From: Rhynchobatus australiae | Lineage: Eukaryota | Reading direction: 5' to 3' | DNA: 64,000 nt | Assembly: GCA_034780895.1 (NCBI GenBank) | Contig: JAUZTB010000062.1 | Location: 26,355,347 to 26,419,346 of the forward strand | Shown here: piece by piece, positions 1-13,164 of the stretch | How positions within the stretch are numbered: the first letter of the stretch is position 1 | Layout: the number at the start of each line of letters is the position of its first letter | Position numbers and translations under genes: made by a program | The notes under the pieces: generated by a model | Seen by the model: only the letters and a program-made list of their open reading frames with translations | Database searches by the model: none | What the model was told of the DNA's origin: nothing

Positions 1-21
1 GTAAAGGGTAAGAATGAACAT

Positions 22-52
22 GAGAGAGAGAGAAAGAGAGAGAGAGAGAAAG
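22..52. repeat. (GA)n microsatellite, imperfect
   Basis: GAGAGA... run read directly from the sequence. Confidence 0.9.
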
Positions 53-348
53 AATAAAAATTGAGATTGAGAAATAGAGAAAGAAATAGTGATCAACAAC
101 ATGGAAGAGAGAAATCACAACAGCATACTCCCTATAGCAATTATAAAATGTGAGTATATAATTACTGAAATGCTTAACACCTTTGTTTCTGAAAACATTT
201 AAGCCCTTGATACTGGTTTTGGATGGAACAAAAGGTACTGACCTTATAGGATGGTTCATGCTAAGCAAGACGTGGCACAGGCTGTGACTATTTCTACAAG
301 GAACTTCAAAATTACTCTAAGTAGGAGGATAAGATTACCTTTAGGCAA

Positions 349-1073
349 CTCATCTGGCAAAATACCTCATCACCAACAAGCACCAAGACCTCACTTGGCC
401 CTCCCTATCAGATCCTTCCTGTATTTTTAAGAGCTCACTCCTGGCACACACTGTCCTTAGGACAGCTGCAATAAGGATGAGATGGTTGCCCATCTCTTTG
501 TTGGCTGTGTATTTGCAAAGAGGATTTGGAGAAGGATGCAAGGTGTTTTGTCATGGTTCATCCCAAGCAGCTGTGTAACAGAGGACTCTGATCTAAGGGC
601 TGTTCTCAGGGATGCATATCCAGACAGATATCAAGTGCTGCTGGAAGATCATCAACTTGGTGAAAGATACTCTTTGGTCTGCCCAAGACTAGATTGCCTT
701 CCAGTACAAAGATGTCCTTAAGGGAATGCTGCCAGGGGTACGTGCTGAGGATGCACTGAACCTTGGTGTAGCTGACGCAAAGATACTGTGGGGAAGGACT
801 GCTGTCTAGGGTTCTTCTGCCACTTGACATTGAGGGGCTAAGTCTGGGGTAGAAGCCTCTCAAACACTTGAAGTTTGTATCACCCCAGGAGGTCACATGT
901 GAGGCAATGATGCTATGTATACAAAATGTGCGAGTGTGAAGAACTGTTGACATTGTAAATGTATCGACTGAATGACACCGTGAATGTAAACAGAGTCATG
1001 CAGTGTATTTTGTATTTTTATAATTTTATAATGTTTATAATTTTTATGAATAAACTTTATTTTGGGAAAAAAA
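349..1073 (+). mobile_element. Tx1/L1-clade non-LTR retrotransposon, 3' fragment (C-terminal zinc-binding region plus 3' UTR), frameshifted
   Basis: Broken translation IWQN..NKHQDL..C....C..E.VAHLFVGCVFAKRIWRRMQ..CWKIINLVKDTLWSA..YVLRDAL. Followed by a T-rich UTR, AATAAA at ~1049 and a short A tail ending at ~1073. Confidence 0.8.
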
Positions 1074-2487
1074 CACTTCACATTATCTGTTACTTTATCT
1101 CAGTGGATCTACAGAATGTGTGTTTGCAGTGTTTAAACAGACCAGTTGGCTGTATGTGATACAGGCNNNNNNNNNNNNNNNNNNNNNNNNNNNNNNNNNN
1201 NNNNNNNNNTTACTGAAAATATGTTTCACCATATGAATATTCTGGTAACTAACATTGCCATTTTTAACTAAATGTATTCTATGTTTAGTCAAAGAGGCCT
1301 TTAGCAGATGCAGTTCCCATTAAATATTTACATCTATACTGGCAGCAATCCACAAAAGCTTTCTTTCCAGTTCCTCAGCTGCATTAATTTCCTTTAGAGA
1401 ATTTTCTGTTCAGAGAACATGGATAGAGTGCCTGGAGGCGTAAGTGAGTGAATGGACCATGCAACGTTTTACTGAGCCACATCAACCAGAGAGCATACAA
1501 GTCTGATTCCTGCTTTGCTGAGTTCCTGACCAGGAAGGAGGAATAAAAGATGAGGTGAGTTTCACTTCTCTGATTACAATTCAGAGGCCCCCAGCTGGTA
1601 CTTGTGCATGTCTGTGCTTTTGGGAAAGACAGGACTGTACTTGACAGCCATCCATTTACAAATGAACTAATAAAGTTTTACGCAGTGATAATAATAAAGC
1701 TTATTAACTAATAAATCTTTATCAAACTAATAAAGCTCACCTTGCAGGCTTCTGCACCCAGTTGCACATATTCACAAACTTCAGCCTTCTAGACTGAGGT
1801 GGCTAAGCTAGTGTTTATGAACTTTAGGCTCCGAGGATAGCTGCTTCTGCCTCCCATATCTGCCAGTAATTTGGATACAAAAGGAAATTCCAACTCCACC
1901 TACACAAAAAATGTCATCTTCCTGTCAATGTGGACATCTGCATGTTTGTGAAGGGCAGGGCTGTATTTGACAGAGAACGCTGTACAGCACAGAGATTGTC
2001 AACTTCGGCATTAACAGTGGATTTACTTTTGGGATATGGGCAACATTAATAAGTTTGAATTACCAGCATGTGTCTGTGTAACCCTGAGGGAAACAGAGGA
2101 AATTAGAAATCGAAAAGAGAATACTAAAACAAAAATTCAAATAAATACATATATACATACACAGCCAGGAGTTTATCAGTGGAATATCTGGTGTGATACT
2201 CCAATATTTTGGTAATGATTTTGATGCAAGCAATGCAAAGGAACCATATCAACTGTTATATCTGGAGATGATGTTGTCCAGAATGTTCTTCAGAAGTCAA
2301 GAATGAGGGGCAAATCTTATGGTGACAGCCGTTTTATTAGATGTTCATCACAGTGCACATCAGGCAGGGTCAGCCTGTAACAGTAAGCAAAGCAAGTAAA
2401 AAGTAACAAAGAATTTGACCACGCGCTCTCCCTTTATACTGCAAACTGGTATAAACTAGTTAGATAAGGAAACCTGTGATGAGGTAT

Positions 2488-2990
2488 TGGTATCAGTTTA
2501 TTATTGTCACTTGTACCAAGGTACAGTGAAAAGCTTGACTTACAAACCGATCATACAGGTAAATTCATTACACAGTGCAGTTACATTGAGTTAGTACAGA
2601 GTGCATTGATATAGTACAGGTAAAAAAAACAATAACAATATAGAGTTAAGTGTCCCAGCTACAGAGAAAGAGCAGTGCAATAAGATGCAAGGTCACAACA
2701 AGGTAGATCGTGAGGTCATAGTCCATCTCATTGAATAGGGGAACTGTTCAATAGTCTTATCANNNNNNNNNNNNNNNNNNNNNNNNNNNNNNNNNNNNNN
2801 NNNNNNNNNNNNNNNNNNNNNNNNNNNNNNNNNNNNNNNNNNNNNNNNNNNNNNNNNNNNNNGATAGGATGCTTTCTATGGTGCATTGGTAAAAGTTGGT
2901 GAGAGTCAAAGAGGACAAACCAAATTTCTTTAGCCTCCTGAGGAAGTAGAGACACTGGTGAGCTTTCTTGGCCATGGCATCTACGGTCAA
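2488..2990 (-). mobile_element. Rex1/Babar-like LINE 3' end, interrupted by an N gap
   Basis: Minus-strand peptide AKKAHQCLYFLRRLKKFGLSSLTLTNFYQCTIESIL; 3' UTR ends ...TTTTCACTGTACCTTGGTACAAGTGACAATAATAAA. Confidence 0.8.
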
Positions 2991-3790
2991 GGTACTGTCT
3001 GAGTCACACTTCAGCTTTGCAGACAAAGAAACTACAAAAGTCAAGAACCAAATATATTTGACGCTACTCAAAGTTTACAGACAAACATACAAGCAAGCAT
3101 TAGGAAAGCTATAACTACAAGGGAAAACACAATATAAACAATCTGGACCCTAATCCAACACACCTTAACACCATTTATAAGGTAATGTCAGACAGCAGTG
3201 AAAGTAATAGTAAGGGGAAGATTCAAGAGAAAGTATTGGAAGCGGCTTGGCCTGTATCTGAGGTGATGTCTCAGATACAGACCAACCTGCCAGCCACTGG
3301 CTCCATAGTTCATGTTTCTGCACACATTCTTAGACTTCAGCTTTCTTTCCTTTGCCACTTAGGCTTCACAAGTGAGGCAAATTTTAAAAATACCCAATCT
3401 GACCTGTAATCTGGCAAAGTCCATAAAGAAAGAAAGACTTCTATATATGCAGCACCTTTCACAATGTTAGGACATCCCAAAATGCTGTAGTCCTAATTAT
3501 CACTTTTGAGTCATAGTCATTGTGGTAAATTAGCAAGAATTCCAGTCCCAGGGACCCAAAAAATGGCAGCTTTGCATTAAAACAAAATGAGGTAATACAG
3601 ACTTGAGTGATAAATAGTGCAAGCCATCCAGACAACAAAGTTATTTCAAGGTGTCGTGAATCGCACAGAACCAGATACGAATGAAACATTGCTCACCATG
3701 CACCACAGAGCTAGTTTGCAGAACTGCAAACTGAATTTTTAAGACACTAGAAGATCATTAGTTTGAAATAACTTTACGTTTCTTTACAAC

Positions 3791-4108
3791 AGAGAAGGAG
3801 ACCATTTAGCCCATTGAGTTTATGCTGGCCTTTAGACCATACCCATCAGTCCCATTCCCTCATTCCCTGAAACCCATTCTCTCTCTAACATGCCCATCAG
3901 TTCCTCCTCATTCTCCTGCCACCCCCCCCCCCACCCCAACACTAGGGTGTAAGTTACAGTCACCACTTAGTCTTTGGGATGTGGGAGGGAACCGGAACAC
4001 CCAGAGGAAACCTACACAATCACTGGGAGAAAGTGTATGCAAGGATAGGATTGAATCCAGATTGCTGGAGCTATGTGACAGCAGCATTATATGCTTTGCT
4101 GCTGTATC
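3791..4108 (-). mobile_element. V-SINE (HE1-like tRNA-derived SINE) with CR1-type tail
   Basis: Reverse complement of the V-domain (GTCTTTGGGATGTGGGAGGGAACCGGAACACCCAGAGGAAACC) and B-box-like GGATTGAATCC. Confidence 0.8.
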
Positions 4109-6134
4109 AGCTGTAGGGCACTCTATTGCATTAGATGCATGAGATGCTGTAGGTTTGTGCAAGGACTTGGCATGTATGCATGGCAAACATGGAACAGGTT
4201 GACAGGCAACACTTTGCAATGTCCAATTGCACCTTCAACCTGCTGGTAAGTCTTTTTTGGATGATCTTGCCACATCATAATCCTGGCCAAAACACCTTGC
4301 TCTTCTTCCATTTCTATGTTCTATGCACTTTGTGTATACCATTGAGGCCAGCCACCATCACAAGTCAGACTGCTTCCTTGAGCAGAGTACAATTACAGTC
4401 ACTGTCAACTTCATGTGCTAGCATTTCCACTTAATCACCTCTGGAAAAGGCATCAGGTGCTGAACTGCTCCATCATAGGCTGTAGACTCCTTTTACTTTG
4501 CCTCCTTTTTCTCTATATCCTCCTCTTTCCATGCCAGTGCCTATCCTTGGTAAACACTACTAGTGCAGGAATCTTTGTAAAAGCTCAAAGAATGTTTCTT
4601 CTCCCCTCTCCCATCGTTATTAAAGCTTCATTCTGTGGATATCTGCATTAACAGCAAGCCCAACATTATTGCTCCTGCCTACCTGCCTTTGAGATAAGTG
4701 TGATGTGCCACCTTCTCCACTCACTGCAGTGTAGTGTTGGAGAAACTAATTCTGAGAAACAGGATCTTAATCTAGCAATGATTAAAGTAATGATGCAGGA
4801 TTTTAATCCAGAAATGACAGGCATTATTGTGAAACCACTTACCTTTGAATTTCCCTTTAAGTTTCATCTACAACATTTTTGTTCCAAAATCAAGCAAAAG
4901 GCCAAAGGCACTCAGAATAATTATTCAAATGAGGAATTTCTGGGAAATTGTGAGCAGTCATCTCTTTGTGCTCTTGGCTAATTTTGAGTTTGCAGTAAAG
5001 CATGCCTGGCTCCACTTAGCCGAGAGCAGAAAATCTTACACTTTGAACATTGAAACCAATCTGCTGAGAGCACAAGGAGTCAGTGGAGCTTAACAAAAAG
5101 CATTGCTTCAATCGCCATTTCCGAGCTTCCTACATGGGTGCAGTGGACACGTTAGTGCACTTGCTAGGAATGTTTTCCATCAAGATCTTCCCAAATTCAG
5201 GCAGCAGTTTTATCTTTGTGCCTGCATGGTACATTTTATATCCTGGTGGGTCTTCAACCCAGGACAATATTAAGCTCACCCAGGACAATTAGAGAAATAG
5301 TGAATTGGACCCTGGGGGCAGGTAGGACCACTGCACCTGCTTCAGGTTTCTTTTACCAGCAGCTGAGAAACACGTGGAGAATGCAGAGAGGAAGTGGCAG
5401 GGGTCATTTCACCCTACACCTTCTCTGCTTTCAGGAGCTGATGGGCAAAAATAAAAATCGCTGTGGCTGCTGTGACTTTAATACTCTTAATTAGCCTGTA
5501 TAAATAAGCTTATCCTTCAACCACAGACACAAAGTGCTTTGATCAACTTGAATTTATCAGGGAAGAAAGGCTAATTGTTTATTATTGGCTGAATTAATGG
5601 AAGGGGAGAGAGCACCTGCTGAGTCCAAGAATTGCTGGCTGTTTTGTTACCCTGGCTGCTTCAAAGCAGTGGATAATAGTCAGCTAAACAGGTCAAAGGC
5701 TGATGCTCCAAAGGTGGGAAGAACTCATACTGATAACCAAATTGTGATAAAGCTTTAATATATGAATTTATTTATTTATCTCTGTTTTATTTTTGTTCAG
5801 CCCAGTCTTCCTGATCATTCAGGAGAAGTATGCAAGAACTCCTGGAGATAAGGCTGGTTTTGCTTTCCATAATAAACAGTTAACGATGTAAATGGTAATG
5901 AGACTCATCTTTTTGTCCCTTTTACCATTAACTCAAGAACACTCAATAATATTTTTTTACCTTTGGCAATTTTTTTTATCTTTCATTTTTATTCTCTGAA
6001 GGCATTGGCTTGCAGCGCTCAGCAATCCTTTGATATCTCATCCTTTTGTTTAACTGCTCCTCAGAATTGTTTCACATGAGAAACTCTCTTTCTGGAGCTT
6101 TCGTATATTTCCTACTGTTTGCATATTTCCTTAC

Positions 6135-6408
6135 AAGTCCATGCCACTTCTCAGAGTAATCCTATCAATCCCATTCCCCACTTGTTTCCCTGCAATCTAT
6201 TCCCTCTTATATCCCTTCTGATTCTCCCACCAGCTAACTATACTGGAGGAATTTATAATAGCCAATTAACAGACCAACCAGCATGTCTTTGGGATTGGAG
6301 GAAACCCACACAGTCATAGGGAGAACATATAAACTCCACTCAGCACCAGACATCAGAATTGAACCAAGCCAGCTGGAGATGTGAGACAGCCACCCTACTA
6401 CTGTGGCA
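6135..6408 (-). mobile_element. V-SINE, degenerate
   Basis: GCATGTCTTTGGGA...GGAAACCCACACAGTCATAGGGAGAACATATAAACTCCAC...AATTGAACC. Confidence 0.75.
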
Positions 6409-7034
6409 TCTGAGTTGAGGTGGGATGTGGGGCAGAGGGGTGGAGAGAAAAAGAGGAAAGGCAAGGGAGATGACTTCATTAGGTCAAAAACAGCTTGTTT
6501 GGTTGCTATTGGAAATTTCACTCCTCAGATGCAAGCTTTGATTTCTTAACTATTTATTCAGTTAGAATCAAAAAGCTACACAACCATGTCCCATCCAACC
6601 TCTCAACCCACTACTAATGTAACAGCATCACTCATACCCTCAACAAACATAATCCTCACAAAGTGTCACCTTAGAGCATGATTTCTCTAATTCTTTGTTT
6701 GTTAGCTTTCTCACATCCACTGACACTCTATACAAACTTCCAACTCATCCAGTCTCTCCTTCCTTCTTAGGAAGTCCCTTGGAGTCCCTTGACTTGCTTT
6801 CATTCCAGTTCCATTTGTCCTATGTTGGATTAACAGACTCTGCCACAAGTGAGGCAGCTGATGTTTTATGGGGCAGATGGACAGGTTGTTAGCAAAATTT
6901 TGTTTCTTTCCCATTTGCGTACCCTCCTATCTTGTGACTCAAGGTGCTCAGTGCCATCCTGGAACCTCCTACTGCAATCGGAGTTGTCATGTGCCATGAA
7001 TTGGTGAGAAAGTTACAGTTTTTCCCAAGGAGGA

Positions 7035-7160
7035 TTTACTGTCCTCCTGGAAATTATTTGCCTTGACTGAACTCAGAATGGAATTTTTGTTTTAGGAGTC
7101 TGGTGTCAGTTATATGGATGATGTGGCTTGCTTATCAGAGCTAGATGAGCTTGACCAGAT
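7035..7160 (-). mobile_element. RTE-clade LINE fragment
   Basis: Minus-strand degenerate peptide ..ASHIIHITDTRLLKQKFHSEFSQGK*FPGGQ resembles the RTE segment WAGHIVRMPDTRLPKQ.LYSEL..GKR..GGQ. Confidence 0.65.
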
Positions 7161-8934
7161 CATTTTCTTTGTGTCTCAGTCTCCCTCCTCTAGTAGCGAT
7201 AAAGCCTCTCGGCACAGCAATTCTACAATTTCCCTGCAAACTCTCTTACCATTTATGGAAGTCTTTTCCAGTTTACATAACCATGCTTTATCACCTTCCC
7301 ATAGAGCCATGAAAATTTACAGTACAGGCTGTAAACTGGTACTGAGTAGCTGATTGCAAAGTTGTTGAAATATCTTAGTAAGATCGGAATATTCTGTGGT
7401 GAAGTTCCCAAAACAGCCTTATGAGTTACGCTGTATAACACTGTTCTATGTCAGTTCTAGTGTGGCATACTCTGTTCATCTGACTCAAGATCTCTGGGCT
7501 ACTAGCACTTGGACCTGTGGCAGTGACCTTGGCAGCCAGCACAGGGCATAGACTCAATACAAGCATTACACTTCCAGCTGTTGGTGAGTCTTTCTCCTTC
7601 AGGACTGGCTACAGAAACAGTGAGTTTCAAATGACTGTATTCCCCAGGGCATCAGAAGAACCTGGACAGGCTGGCAGAGAACAGTACTCAAATAGGAAGT
7701 GTGTTCTTAGTGCAAGGGGGCCACAGCCATTGCTGATGGCAGTTTATGAACACCCATACTTTGGAAAGCTTGCAATTGCATCAAATGCCTGTGTGTGTCC
7801 CTGTGAAATGAAGTAGTAGTAGATAACATCTTCTTTCTTGGAATACAGAACTTAGGTAACCTCCCTAATGCAGAAGTGAGGAGCAAACTGTAAGAATTCT
7901 GGAGATCTGCAGAAGCTGTCTGGAATGATCCTAAAGCTCAGAAGCTGAGAGTGACTGAGACATTGAGTTCCATGAGCAAAGCAATCCAGGTACACACCAT
8001 ATTTGCAACTGGAGGGCACAAATTTCAAAGAATACAGGTTTAATGTTGGCTCCTTAATAGCATGGTTTTGGAGGAAGCATGGCCAGTAAAGGCTGCTTCT
8101 TCTGTGAATAATAACTATCCATTTTCAAGCCAGTGAGACTGGAAATCATGCTGGAGTCAAAGTTGGGCTTTGTACTGCTGTTGAGTTTATTTGAGCAAAG
8201 ATTTACCATGGGAAAACATCTCCAGAATTTCCCTCCAGAAAGTCAGGAGTCAAATTTCCCAAGAAATGCTTAAAGATGTGGAGATGGTTACAATATTGCT
8301 GTGGTCTGGTTGTACCTATTTTCAGCTGCACAACACCATTTTTATTGGTGTTTTGCAAAGGAATTTCCAGGCCATGGTGTTAGGAGTGGTGGCTGAGAAA
8401 CAGGAAAATGAATACTTTGGATGAAGGTAGACAGCTGAAGTAAAGGGTCCTAATGTAGCAGAATGTAAGGTACTGTATCTGTAGATTGTTCCTTCTGTCT
8501 TGTGTACAGTTGACTGGATATTTCACAGATCATTAGAAAGTGAATTTTGCAACTACAGGAGAACTGGACAACTAAGGGGAAATATGCTCCTGATGTTTAT
8601 CAGAATTTCACCTTTGTAAAAAGGGCCTGGGAACTGAACCCCCAGAGCTGCTATTATCACAAATGAAAATATAAGCTACATGGAAGAAAAAAAATGAAAA
8701 TTCAAAAAAAAATTGAATTTTTCCACGATTCAACTTAGATGGAAATTGTATATTAAAAATGGTAATTACTCCAAAAGGTGGCCATCTTTGAATTCCAAAT
8801 CTTAAAATAGTTGATTTTCCTTTGTCACATCTTGTTGTCCCATTTACAATTTATCTCCCTTCTCTGCCACTTTAGTAGAAACAAAATTAGAAAAACAGGA
8901 TATTTTTTAAAAATGATGATAAAATAGAAGATGT

Positions 8935-9555
8935 TGGGTGTTCAGAGGGACCAGGATATCCCTGTATGCAGATCACTGAAAGTTAACATGTAAGGTTAGT
9001 AAGCAATTAGGAAAGCAAATGATATCTTGGTATTTATTGCAAGGAGATTTGCTTATGAAGAAAGTGATGACTTACTTCAAAACTATATGGAGTGCTGGAG
9101 AGATCTGGTGAATCTAAGGTATTGTGTACACGTCTGGTCTCCTTATCTAGGGAAGAATAAATTTACAATAGAGTGACAGCAGCAAAGGTTCAACTGATTC
9201 ATGTCTGGGATAAAGGATTTGCCAAATGAGGAGAGATTAAGCAGACTGAGACTATACTTCCCAGAGTTAAGAAGAATCAGAGTTGATCTCATTGAAATCT
9301 ACAACATTTTTAAGGAGTTTGACAAAATCGATACAGAGTTGAAACTTCCCCAAGGTGTGATATTTAGAATCTAAAACTAGGGATTCATGATAGAATTAAG
9401 AAGAAATGTCTCCATCCAGAGAATAGTTTATTTTTGGAATTCTCTGCCCACCAGAGCTATGGAAGCTCAGTCACTGATTCATGATAGATTTCAACAGGTT
9501 TTTAACTTCTTGAGGAAATCAAAGGAGATGGGGTTAATGCTGGAAAATGACACTG
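8935..9555 (+). mobile_element. CR1 LINE ORF2 3' region, degenerate
   Basis: Remnants QRD...SLKVNM..AIRKAN..L.FIAR..YCVHVWSPYL..EERLSRL.LY.....RIRVDLIEIY..QRIVYFWNSLP.RAMEAQS. Confidence 0.85.
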
Positions 9556-9680
9556 AGGTCTTTGACTTGAAACGTTAATTCTGTTTTTCTTTGCACAGGT
9601 TCTGCCTGACTTACTGAGTGTTTCCAGCATTTTCTGTTTTTATTTCAGATTTCCAGCATCTGCAGATGTTTTGATTTCTT
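9556..9680 (+). mobile_element. Penelope-like element terminal-repeat remnant
   Basis: AGGTCTTTGACTTGAAACGTTAA...CTGCCTGACTTACTGAGTGTTTCCAGCATTTTCTG...CAGCATCTGCAG; same unit as the ends of the GIY-YIG-bearing copies at ~13.7 kb and ~18.7 kb. Confidence 0.7.
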
Positions 9681-9717
9681 GTAATCTAATGTGTAAACAA
9701 TCCACTTTGGAAAAGGG

Positions 9718-9970
9718 CTAGACATTATCCAGGACACAGGGAGAATTCTCTGTTGCTTCTCTAAAATAGTCCCTCAAGTCTCTTTTCCATTCATTCAAAA
9801 AGGCTGGTGTGGCATCAGTTTAACATCTCATGCAAAAGACGGTACCTCAAACAGTGCAATTCTGTCTTCAGTATAATTTATGTGCCTCAGCCTATCTGTG
9901 TCTCACTTAAGATGTTCTTGACTGTACAATCTTCAGGCTTTGATGCAAGTTAGTTGGTTATTTGCCACTG
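9718..9970 (-). mobile_element. Deu-domain SINE (SacSINE1-like), degenerate
   Basis: CCAGGACACAGGGAGAATTCTCTGTTGCTTCT...GTTTAACATCTCATGCAAAAGACGGTACCTC resembles the reverse-complemented Deu domain. Confidence 0.6.
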
Positions 9971-10774
9971 TCTAACTAGGGATTTGTCATTTGAGGCAGC
10001 TGTGTGCTGCACAGCAAACCCTAAATGATCTGTTATGTAAGTATTTCCTTATTTAATCCTGTCCTCAGCTTGTTTATGTTTCACCTCATTTATTCAGTGC
10101 CCTGTCCTTGGGCACATTTAAGTTAAAGCAAAATATACAAAACTCTAACCCGGAAATTCACCACTGCTAAATCCAGCCAAATCATTTCCTCAAACTCTGG
10201 TTCTACAGAGAAGGCAACAAACAACACAAACTTAGACATTATTTAATCATGATAACTAAAATGAATATAGTCAATTTCACAAGGACAAAGGATTTCTGCA
10301 ATTGTGGTTGAGGTATCTCAAACCTATGAACCACCCAAATGTAAATGAAAACATATATTTTTCCTTTTTGCTTCTTTGAAGGTCTCATCTGTCAAGGAAC
10401 TATGCATACTGATCATTCCAAATGTAGAAATGACATGCACTTAAAGCATGTCTTATGATCTCTTCCAATAATACTTCAAATGCCAATAAAACATGTTGCT
10501 TGTGCAGTTCCTACCGTGAGCAAATGTGGAACAATAAGGTTCCATTATCATTCCTTCTTTAACCAACCCCATCACAAACTGGTTATTCCTCAATGAGTTG
10601 AATAGCTAGTGACTCATTTCTTGATAGTGGTATTTAAGAGAGGAAAATTGCCAAGAAAACTGGGGGAACCTGTTGCACTTCCTGACTACGATGAGATGGA
10701 ATCTAAAAATCAGAGCACGCAAAGCCCACTTGCAAACAGTGGACGGAGCACACAATATCTTAAGCTACTTGCTC

Positions 10775-10900
10775 CAACAAGCATCTTCTACCCCATCTGT
10801 GACAGGGTCTGTGAATCCTGCTTAAGGCTCTTCAGCCATCTCAGAACCCACAGAGAACTGTACTGGAAGCAAGTCACCTTCAATCCCATGGAATTGCAGG
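10775..10900 (+). mobile_element. RTE LINE extreme 3' end (C2H2-like motif)
   Basis: Peptide PICDRVCESCLRLFSHLRTH followed by GGAAGCAAGTCACCTTCAATCCC. Confidence 0.65.
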
Positions 10901-11164
10901 ATATAATGTTCACTTGAGTTATTGGAAATGGCAAGTGGTTCATCCAAAAGAACAGAACTCCAAACATATATTATGCGCTTTAATCCTTAAACTTGAAACC
11001 ACAGCTCTTCTGACTCGAGACATGAGATTGTTTGCCAATGAACCAAGATCTAATAATAGTTTATTCTATTTAAGTTTGCAACCCATCTTTTCAATGCATG
11101 CTTCCAAAGCAGAAAATGGTCAACTTTGCAAAATCAGGTTGAGTTACAAGAACAGATTGTGTAA

Positions 11165-11560
11165 AGTAGGTGATAATTCTCTTGAGCATAGAAAGTTAAT
11201 GCTTTACCTAATGGAGATGTTTAGGGTGATTAAAGTAGTTGAAGGTGAAAAAAGAGAAATGTTTTCTTCTGGTAGAGTAGTCTTGACCAAGAAGGTATAA
11301 CCTTAGATTAAAGGGAAACTGTTTAAGGATGTTGTCAAGAAGCACGTCCTCATATGAAGGGTAGTGGGACTATGGAATTCTCCCCTAACCTAGCTGAAGC
11401 CAGGTCAAATTGAAAATGTCAAAATTGATATTGATAGATGGCTGTTATCAAAGGGGATTTAGGATTACAGAATCAAGAAAGATAATTTAAGGTACAGATC
11501 ATGATCTAATTAAATGAGGGAAAAGGCTAGGAAAATGGCTGGCTGCTGTTTCTGTATTCT
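11165..11560 (+). mobile_element. CR1 LINE 3' end, degenerate
   Basis: SLEHRKL...LMEMFRVIK; GAAGGGTAGTGGGACTATGGAATTCTC; CR1-type 3' UTR. Confidence 0.7.
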
Positions 11561-12317
11561 GATTTTTCTAACTACANNNNNNNNNNNNNNNNNNNNNNNN
11601 NNNNNNNNNNNNNNNNNNNNNNNNNNNNNNNNNNNNNNNNNNNNNNNNNNNNNNNNNNNNNNNNNNNNNNNNNNNNACATGCCAGGTTAATCAGTTGTGT
11701 CCCATCTTCATAATATTGGCTACAGGAATTCAAGCAATATATGATATTATAAATGTTTGAAAAATACTGTAGAGTTAAATTTGTTTTATAGAACTGAATT
11801 ATAGAATATTCAGTACAGAATATATTTGATTTTGACAGGTTTCCAATGAGAACAGTTGTAATAAATACTTAATGAATTCAGTAATTAGTTCCAAGTCAAA
11901 GAATCAGATAGCTTATGAGGCCTCCGCTGGTTCTTTGAAGGAGTTGTCCAATTTAGATGCTCTGCCCGGTATTTTTCATCACAATCCTGCCAATTAGTCT
12001 TTATGTCTAACTGTCCTTTGAAAGTACAACTAGGACCCTTTCTTAATAGCTTCCTGTATGCAGAAACTTCTCCTCACAGTCCTTGTTGGCAACTATATTA
12101 AACTTATGATATCTGTTTTCTGACCCAGGAACTGTCAGAGGAAATAGTTTTTCCCTTTTAAAATCTATCAAAATCCATGATAACGCTGAATATATCCATT
12201 AGGTCTCACTTTACATTTCACTGTTCTATGCATCTGCCATCGTTTCACAAACCTTGTCATCCTTCATTTCATCCAGTTACTGAGACAATGAAAATATTTT
12301 TAAAAATGGCACACTTG

Positions 12318-12730
12318 CTATATGAGGGAAGATTGAGTAGATGAGGCCTATGTTCATTAAACTTTAAAAGAATGACGTGTGACTCATTGAAACTTACAAA
12401 ATTCTTACAGGGTTCAACAGAATGAATGCAGGGAGGATATTTCCCTGGTTCAATGTCAAGAACTAGAGTCACCGTCTCAGAATAAGGGACAGATCATACA
12501 GCAGGGAAATGAGGAGAAATTTCTTCACTCAGAGAGTGGTGAACAACTGAAGTTCCTTCCCGGGGAAGTCTACGGTGGCTCAGTCATTGATTTCATTGGA
12601 TTTCTGGATATTAAGAAAACAAAGGGATGTGGGATATGAAGTTGAAGTGGATCAACCATCAATCTTGATGAATGGCAGACAGGTGTGAAGGGGCAGATGG
12701 CCCACCTCTGCTCCTAATTCTTGTGTTCTT
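12318..12730 (+). mobile_element. CR1 LINE 3' end, degenerate
   Basis: YEGRLSR.GL.SL.F.RM..DLIETYKIL.G...EMRRNFFTQRVV, then a 3' UTR ending CCTAATTCTTGTGTTCTT. Confidence 0.85.
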
Positions 12731-13164
12731 AAATATATGCTTTTTTGCATTCTTACATATCACATATATTTGTTATTTAAAGTTCCACTTATAATATAAT
12801 AGGCATTTAAGTAAATTTACCTTCCACAGGAGATGTTAATATTCTACCCCTTTTCACTTTATTAACATTTTGTCAAGTCATGATTTCAAACTCAGACCAA
12901 TCAGGTTTTTAGTACAAAAAATGATAAATTCCAAACAATTATTCTGATCTGAGGTAGCCAATCACAGACAAGCAGTAGCAGGATCCTAACATTTCCCATT
13001 TTAGGAAGCAGTTAGCAAGATTCTAAAATTCTCTTTAGGGGCATTTAGCTATTCTTTATGGCAGGGTGAGTTCTTGTCAAGGTGCTCAGGACAAATCATT
13101 ATGACAAACATAGTCAATTCAAGTGTTTGGACATTAAAGTGAACAAGCTAAGATATGGTTCAGT

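Noticed and set aside
7108-7140. SYMDDV on the + strand, resembling a hepadnavirus or retroelement RT active site
   Set aside because: Flanking residues do not fit an RT, and the opposite strand is better explained as an RTE LINE remnant, so the motif is coincidental
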